64,000 bases of DNA from a bacterium (lineage in GTDB: Bacteria; Patescibacteriota; Minisyncoccia; Phycocordibacterales; UBA918). The position numbers were made by a program, and so were the translations under genes. The stretch lies in contig JAYSUD010000012.1 in NCBI GenBank assembly GCA_043719295.1, positions 26,790-90,789 of the forward strand, in the 5' to 3' direction. Shown here in pieces: positions 58,494 to 64,000 of this stretch. The notes under the pieces are model-generated. The model did not search any database. It was given only the letters and a program-made list of their open reading frames with translations, and was not told where the DNA came from. Positions within the stretch are counted from its first letter, which is position 1. Every line of letters starts with the position of its first letter.

Positions 58494-59291
58494 ATGGAAA
58501 CAGAATCTGACACCACAGAATTAGAACAAGAAAAGCAAAGGAATTTTGCAATTTTATATAAAAGCACACGATTTTCGAAATATCTCGCAATAGTATTATT
58601 TATCTCATCGCCATTTGCTGGTGGGTGGATTGGGTATACCTACGCACCAGAGAGAGTGATGGAGATAGGGAGGGCTGTTGAGCAGGCAGTGGAGACAGAT
58701 CTGAGCAGTGATGAAAGAAATAAGATTCTGATTAGAGAGAATTTGGCTAATGATTTAAAAATTAATCAAGGACAGGAACAATTTCCTCGTGTACTTGATG
58801 AACCTAATGGGTTTGACCCCTATGCTAATGACCCCAAAGCCAGAAACTTGAATATAAACGGCCTCTCATTTACCAATATTAGCAGAAGTCGTGCACTCAC
58901 GACTATCGATTTTGGTCTAAATAGATTTACAGACGAACAAGTTAATGTATCTGGAAACTTTGAATTATGGTTTGATCAGATGTTTGGAAAACTGGTTTTA
59001 CGATTTCTGCCAGATGATGAAACGCAGAGAATATTGCCTTGGCCTAGTACAAATTCTGACCCCTACGACAAGTATTTAGTCGTTATTAATGACACAGATT
59101 ATTCACTTGCAGACCTATGCGACAGTACTTGCGAGATTGAATTATCCAATTCTGAGGATCAAAGATTGATAACATATTCTGGGTCAGCAATGATTGAGTC
59201 TGTTACCCTAGAAATTCAGAATATAGGTGTAGATTCTTTTGGCTCAAGCATCAAGTTATACGAGATGGTTTTGGTTAAGAAGGAGATATAG
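58494..59291 (+). CDS. Hypothetical single-TM protein
   Basis: SKYLAIVLFI..PF.GGWIGYTYAP TM followed by a soluble domain. Confidence 0.7.
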   Translation: METESDTTELEQEKQRNFAILYKSTRFSKYLAIVLFISSPFAGGWIGYTYAPERVMEIGRAVEQAVETDLSSDERNKILIRENLANDLKINQGQEQFPRVLDEPNGFDPYANDPKARNLNINGLSFTNISRSRALTTIDFGLNRFTDEQVNVSGNFELWFDQMFGKLVLRFLPDDETQRILPWPSTNSDPYDKYLVVINDTDYSLADLCDSTCEIELSNSEDQRLITYSGSAMIESVTLEIQNIGVDSFGSSIKLYEMVLVKKEI

Positions 59292-59530
59292 TGCCCTCGT
59301 TAGGACTTGAACATTACATGTTCAGTACACCTTTTGGATATTTTTCCTTCGTCAAAATATCTCAAAAGGTTTTCAAGTCCTGACGTAAAGCATAGAAATG
59401 CTTTACTTCCCGGGACAGGAATCTTTTTCTCTACGAGAACTGTACAGGTTGTCGATATTTTCTTTAAAAATATCAGACAACCTTTTCAAGTCCTGACGTG
59501 ATGTGTCCCACACATCACTTCCCGGGCACA
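59291..59530 (-). repeat. Tandem structured element downstream of tRNA-Leu, with two B modules and tRNA-end copies
   Basis: B units at 59310-59369 and 59427-59482; duplicated TTTTCAAGTCCTGACGT-hairpin-ACTTCCCGGG; GTTCAAGTCCTAACGAGGGCAC mimics the tRNA 3' end. Confidence 0.8.
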
Positions 59531-59557
59531 AAAAAATCCCCGTAGGGATTTTATTTG

Positions 59558-59639
59558 TGCCCGGGACAGGACTTGAACCTGCACACCTTTCGGCTTATCC
59601 ACCTCAAGGATAAATGTCTACCAATTTCAACACCCGGGC
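59558..59639 (-). tRNA. tRNA-Leu(GAG)
   Basis: GCCCGGG acceptor, TATCC-TTGAGGT-GGATA anticodon arm, long variable arm, GTTCAAGTC. Confidence 0.93.
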
Positions 59640-59745
59640 AATTACTCTTACGAGTTGAGCTATTATGCATTAAACTCTTCCAGTATTCAAGGAAAAGAAA
59701 AAATCCCCTTTCGGGGATTTTTCTTGTGCTTTTTAAATTGTAGTA

Positions 59746-60381
59746 TTACGCTTCTTTCTTTTCATCTACTGCTTCAGTAACTTCTGCAACTTCACTTACT
59801 ACTTCTCCTTCTGGAGTTGCTTCCGTGACTTCTGCTTCTGTAGGAGCTTCTACAACTTCTGATTCAGCTACACTCACCTCAGCCTCTGCAATAGCCTTCT
59901 CAGCTTGAACTTTTGCTTCGAGCTCAGCTTGAATTGTTGCCTCAACTTCAGCTGCAATTTTTGCTTCTTCTGCAGCCTTAACTGCCTCTTCAGCTTGTGA
60001 CGTTGTAGAAAGTGAAACCAAACTCATTCGTCGCATTTGTCGCTTGATTTCTCGAGCCACCTTCTCTCGGATGTAATAGAGTTTTGCTCGACGTACCTTT
60101 GCTCGCTTAACAATTTCAATCTTGTCGATGTTTGGAGAATAGAGTGGATAGATTTTTTCAACTCCAACACCACTTGCCATCTTTCGAACCGTGAATGTAG
60201 CTCCGGGCTCGCTCCCGTGTTTACGAGCCAAAACTACTCCTTCAAAAATCTGAATACGAGTTTTACCCTTATCTTGAATCTTCTGGTGCACTTTAACCGT
60301 ATCTCCAGCTCTGATGCCAAGATTCTTTCGGTCGTCCATGTTTACTGGAGATATAACAATCCCCGTTAGTGTTGTGTTCAT
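59746..60381 (-). CDS. rplS: 50S ribosomal protein L19 with a long acidic C-terminal extension
   Basis: GDTVKVH, RIQIFEGVV, TFTVRK..GVGVEK, VRRAKLYYIR. Confidence 0.96.
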   Translation of the reverse strand: MNTTLTGIVISPVNMDDRKNLGIRAGDTVKVHQKIQDKGKTRIQIFEGVVLARKHGSEPGATFTVRKMASGVGVEKIYPLYSPNIDKIEIVKRAKVRRAKLYYIREKVAREIKRQMRRMSLVSLSTTSQAEEAVKAAEEAKIAAEVEATIQAELEAKVQAEKAIAEAEVSVAESEVVEAPTEAEVTEATPEGEVVSEVAEVTEAVDEKKEA

Positions 60382-60427
60382 ATAATTAAAAATAGCCCTT
60401 TAAAGCTCGGGTACTTTACCATAGGTA

Positions 60428-61168
60428 TCATCCCTCTGCAATACGTTCAGCAGCCTCTTCAAACGATTGTGGCAATGGCGCTATAAAACGCTCTGTCTGC
60501 CCTTCTCTAACTTCAAGCTCGAGTACATGGGCATGGAGCGCAAGTCTTTTAAATCCAAGATTATTTGAGCCCTCTACTTCATGTTTTGCGTAAAAGCTGT
60601 CCCCCACAATAGGTCGTCCTATCGCTTGTAAGTGGACACGAATCTGATGAGTACGGCCTGTTTGTGGCATGAGCTTCATGTACGAAAACGCTTCATCTTC
60701 ATAGCGACCTTCTCCAATACATTCCCAAAGCGTTATTGAGGGACGTAAAAGGCCTCGAGCACCATGTTGTGCTGAACGCATCCGATAGTCTTTTTTACTC
60801 CTCCCAATTGCTCTATCAATGGTTCCCCATCGTTCTCGAACCGCTCCATATACAAAAGCTCGATACTCTTTTTTTGCTAACCGATCGTGAAATTGCTTTT
60901 TAAGATGGGTAAATGAATCTTGATTCTTTGCCATGAGCATAATTCCTGAAGTATCTTTATCAAGTCGATGCACAACCCCCGACCGCTCAAGTTGCTCCCC
61001 TTTTTGTGAAAGCTGTACTTCTCCAACTCCTTTTGCTTCTGGAAGATACTGTAAAAACCAATCAACGACTGTTGGCTCAACTATGTGTCCCGTATTATGC
61101 ACCATCAAACCTTCTGGTTTGTTGATAACCAATACGTCCTTATCTTCAAAGAGAATTTCTATATCCAT
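60428..61168 (-). CDS. RluA-family pseudouridine synthase
   Basis: INKPEGL, VHRLDKDTSG, TGRTHQIRVH, LALHA. Confidence 0.95.
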   Translation of the reverse strand: MDIEILFEDKDVLVINKPEGLMVHNTGHIVEPTVVDWFLQYLPEAKGVGEVQLSQKGEQLERSGVVHRLDKDTSGIMLMAKNQDSFTHLKKQFHDRLAKKEYRAFVYGAVRERWGTIDRAIGRSKKDYRMRSAQHGARGLLRPSITLWECIGEGRYEDEAFSYMKLMPQTGRTHQIRVHLQAIGRPIVGDSFYAKHEVEGSNNLGFKRLALHAHVLELEVREGQTERFIAPLPQSFEEAAERIAEG

Positions 61169-61181
61169 ATATATTTACGTA

Positions 61182-61454
61182 TTAAAACTTGATTGAAAAA
61201 TCATCACCTATTTTCTTTGTGGTACGCCAGTCTACCGACACTCCTTCAACTTTTGCCTGTAATGAACCTTCACAGAGATATTCAACAAAGTCTTTAAGTT
61301 GATCTGGCAGTCCTTGTGCACACACTGCAACAGTCCCATCAGGTAGGTTTTGTACGTACCCAGTGATACCAAGAGTTGTGGCCGAAACTTGTACATAATC
61401 TCGATATCGAACATTCTGCACTTTCCCAGTCACAATGCAATAGATTTCAGTCAT
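61182..61454 (-). CDS. acyP: Acylphosphatase
   Basis: VTGKVQNV.YR, GYVQNLPDGTV. Confidence 0.9.
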   Translation of the reverse strand: MTEIYCIVTGKVQNVRYRDYVQVSATTLGITGYVQNLPDGTVAVCAQGLPDQLKDFVEYLCEGSLQAKVEGVSVDWRTTKKIGDDFSIKF

Positions 61455-62113
61455 ATATTTTGTATTTCTTTTACTTTATCAAGCCAACCCATAAGTCGAA
61501 AGAAAAATTTTGTGTCATGAACATATATTTGTACAGTGCCATTGGGTAATGTATTCCTCTTATTTTTACTTGCACTACTTTTTTTCGAGTATGTCTTATA
61601 AAAATAATTTCTTGATATGCCAGATACCCCAGACCAATATGCTTCTGCTTTTTCGATATTACGATGCGAAAAAGTATGTACCTGACCACGAAATTTTTCT
61701 TCTGTTATTCCACCACATTCTCTAAAGAAACGCATCATCGTAGTAATTACTGCAGGATCACTGTTAGACAAACGAGCAGTCTGTTGAGTTTTTCCTCCTT
61801 CACCCCAATACAAAGCAACACCTATGCACCATAACATATTTTGTGAAAGCAGGGGCACTTCCAAAGAAGCTTCAGTCATTATTTTTTCTCTGCGCTTCTG
61901 CGTATTTGCAACTTTTGAAATTCGGCGTTTTTCAATAGCATCTATACTATGTCCATTTTTATTAAGTTTTGTGCGTTGTTTAGAAGTAAGTACAACATCA
62001 CGAACCCAACAACTAACACTACTTTTCGCAACACCTAAAATAGATGCAATCTCACCCATAGATTTACCACTCTTACGTAACATAATCGCATCATGTTGTT
62101 CTTTTGTCTTCAT
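61451..62113 (-). CDS. HTH plus LAGLIDADG-like protein adjacent to a tRNA
   Basis: LRKSGKS..EIA..LGVAKSSVS.W (HTH); LYWGEGGK..NSDP; YWS. Confidence 0.7.
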   Translation of the reverse strand: MKTKEQHDAIMLRKSGKSMGEIASILGVAKSSVSCWVRDVVLTSKQRTKLNKNGHSIDAIEKRRISKVANTQKRREKIMTEASLEVPLLSQNMLWCIGVALYWGEGGKTQQTARLSNSDPAVITTMMRFFRECGGITEEKFRGQVHTFSHRNIEKAEAYWSGVSGISRNYFYKTYSKKSSASKNKRNTLPNGTVQIYVHDTKFFFRLMGWLDKVKEIQNI

Positions 62114-62205
62114 AACAGAAATTGTACTGTATATGTATTATATAGTCGTTCTGTTTTATAGACAACAGAGCACAAAGTGTATATACTGTCGGTCACAGAA
62201 GTTAC

Positions 62206-62278
62206 GCGCGATTAGCTCAGTTGGTAGAGCAATTCGTTTACACCGAAAAGGTCGGGGGTTCAAGTCCCTCATCGCGCA
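62206..62278 (+). tRNA. tRNA-Val(TAC)
   Basis: GCGCGAT/ATCGCGC acceptor, AGCTCAGTTGGTAGAGC D-arm, TTTACAC loop. Confidence 0.95.
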
Positions 62279-62700
62279 CTTTTATGAAAAAGCTAAGCCT
62301 CGTGCTTAGTTTTTTTATAAACAGTCGCAAGAGACTTGAAAAGCTTTTGTGGAATTTTATGAGTGAAGCGAAATAAAATACCCAAAAGGTATACCGATTC
62401 AGTATGAATCAAGTCCCTCATCGCGCACAAAACGTCAAGAAAAACAGTCCCTGCGGACTGTTTTTTAGTTTTGTGAAGCGGAGACATGTTTTGCTCTTTT
62501 CCAGAGCAAAACAGTCGAGCTGGGGCAGCTAAGTTCTTATGAACGTAGTGAATTAGAAACTTGCGCCAAAAGAAAATACTTTCGGTTCTTACCGAAGGTT
62601 TTTTTATGTAAGCAGAGAGGCGAGAAAAGGTTGACTGATACTTTCTGGATTTTACAAACAGAAATATCGACAACCTGTACTGAACATGTAATGTTCAGCT
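62279..62700 (+). repeat. Composite structured region downstream of tRNA-Val (B modules 62344-62409 and 62629-62695, E module 62478-62525, exact 20-bp tRNA-end copy 62409-62428)
   Basis: TCAAGTCCCTCATCGCGCAC occurs at 62260 and 62409; module motifs are shared with other loci. Confidence 0.8.
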
Positions 62701-62730
62701 CCCCTGTCCAATACATAAATCTTATACAAA

Positions 62731-63480
62731 TCACCCTCCCCCATTTACCAGCTTCGCAAAGTTCTTTAAAATTTTATTAGCTTCGAAACTTTCTTCAAAT
62801 ACATCTTGAGCCGAAACTCCTTCTGGTAAATACCCTGGAAATAATTCTGTACGTTCTGCTAAATCAGACAAGTTTAGCTCGGGGTGAAATTGGGTGCTGT
62901 AAATATTATTTTTGTATCGTAATGCTGATATGCAACAAGAATCTCCTCCTTCAACTAGAAGTACCGCACCCTTAGGGACTGAACTTAAGACATCTTTATG
63001 TACGTATTGTGCCTTGAATGTTTGAGGCACGTCATTAAAAAGGGGTGAGTTACATGCTTCCTCACAAAGCAATACTTCATGCGACTTTATTTTTTTCTGT
63101 TTACTATCACTGTGTACAACAACTCCAGCAAAAGCACCTAAAATTTGATGTCCAAAACAGATACCAAGCGTTGGCACATCATGAGTAAATATATAAAAAA
63201 AAAGTGGTCGTAATTGCTCAAGCAACACATACGAAGCATCACGAGCAGGATCATCTTTTGTACGACTCCCATCAAAATCAAAATCGCCCGAACCACCTAA
63301 AATAACTCCTCGATAAGGTGTCATAAGTTCTTCAGGCCTACCCCACTCTAGTGTTGTATCAAGAGCACTTACAAAAACTACTGCGACTTTAGTTCCAATT
63401 TCACGTGTGATACTCTTTTGCTCTAGCAAAGATGCGGTATTGCTCTTACGAAACTGTATACAGAGAATAGAAACCTTCAT
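62731..63480 (-). CDS. Type 1 glutamine amidotransferase
   Basis: ILGGSG, LGICFGHQ, QFHPEL. Confidence 0.9.
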   Translation of the reverse strand: MKVSILCIQFRKSNTASLLEQKSITREIGTKVAVVFVSALDTTLEWGRPEELMTPYRGVILGGSGDFDFDGSRTKDDPARDASYVLLEQLRPLFFYIFTHDVPTLGICFGHQILGAFAGVVVHSDSKQKKIKSHEVLLCEEACNSPLFNDVPQTFKAQYVHKDVLSSVPKGAVLLVEGGDSCCISALRYKNNIYSTQFHPELNLSDLAERTELFPGYLPEGVSAQDVFEESFEANKILKNFAKLVNGGG

Positions 63481-63617
63481 ATTCTTGCAGTATACAATAG
63501 AACCCACATAATCGTATCTGTGCTTTGCTTCAAACTAACGCTTCTACATACGGCATGTCTTGTTCCCACTTGTGGCTTTTTTTGCTATGCTACAGCACAA
63601 ATGAGAGCGCTCATTTT

Positions 63618-63689
63618 GCTTCGATAGTTAAATGGATATAACTGCGGACTTCTAAGCCGTTATTCTAGGTTCGATTCCTAGTCGAAGCA
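63618..63689 (+). tRNA. tRNA-Arg(TCT)
   Basis: GCTTCGA/TCGAAGC acceptor, CTTCTAA loop, GGTTCGATTCC. Confidence 0.93.
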
Positions 63690-63702
63690 CAACATAATTA
63701 AA

Positions 63703-64000
63703 CTAATTTGCAAGTTGCGTTCCTTGTCCATTGAAATCAATCTTTGTAGTTGTAGCTTTATCAGTAACTTCATCAAGGATTAAGGTGCTATTGAGTGTTG
63801 ACGACGAGACGTCAAACACTACTGGCACACTCGTACTTTCGGTATTTTTAAGTGTAGTAAATGCCTCATTGCGAGACTGGTACAGTTTCAGCGCTTTTAG
63901 CACCAAGACTTGATTATAGAGTACATGCGTTTGACTAGCATTTGCTTCTTGTACAACAATGTTGGTGTATCGCAAAAATGTATACGTGCTCAAAGCTCCA
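63703..64000 (-). CDS. 3' part of a hypothetical protein (runs off the right edge)
   Basis: Frame is open from the window end to the stop at 63703. Confidence 0.6.
   Translation of the reverse strand, partial: GALSTYTFLRYTNIVVQEANASQTHVLYNQVLVLKALKLYQSRNEAFTTLKNTESTSVPVVFDVSSSTLNSTLILDEVTDKATTTKIDFNGQGTQLAN

Noticed and set aside
1-64000. Alternative genetic code 25; prophage, integrase, transposase, retron or DGR
   Set aside because: Conserved genes such as nrdB and the RluA gene end properly at TGA, and no RT, Y1, DDE, recombinase or virion motifs were recognised in the ORFs.

Overview
A 64-kb chromosomal segment from a low-GC bacterium, most likely Patescibacteria (CPR), Parcubacteria/Kaiserbacteria-like. 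This placement is inferred from short-leader core genes without Shine-Dalgarno motifs, tRNAs without encoded CCA, an IleRS with a histidine-phosphatase insert, and rplK not followed by rplA. TGA is used as a stop (code 11). Housekeeping genes include metG, glyQS, ileS, argS, recO, secE-nusG-rplK, rplS, mscL and tRNA-His/Leu/Val/Arg. Other loci are a thymidylate cluster (glyA, MazG, two HIT proteins, thyA, a dCMP-deaminase fusion, a cytidylyltransferase, folA, NUDIX), a class Ic-type (Mn/Fe) ribonucleotide reductase, Zur/ZIP and CsoR metal loci with visible operators, two photolyases, and a HEPN pair. The most striking signal is non-coding. At least four families of dispersed, structure-conserving hairpin modules sit at gene stop codons and tRNA 3' ends, form tandem arrays and nest inside one another. 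There are also two promoter/terminator-bounded candidate ncRNAs and a TrpR-like gene bracketed by two perfect palindromes that share a core. No CRISPR array, cas gene, transposase or integrase was found. Family assignments come from motifs recognised by eye, not from database searches.
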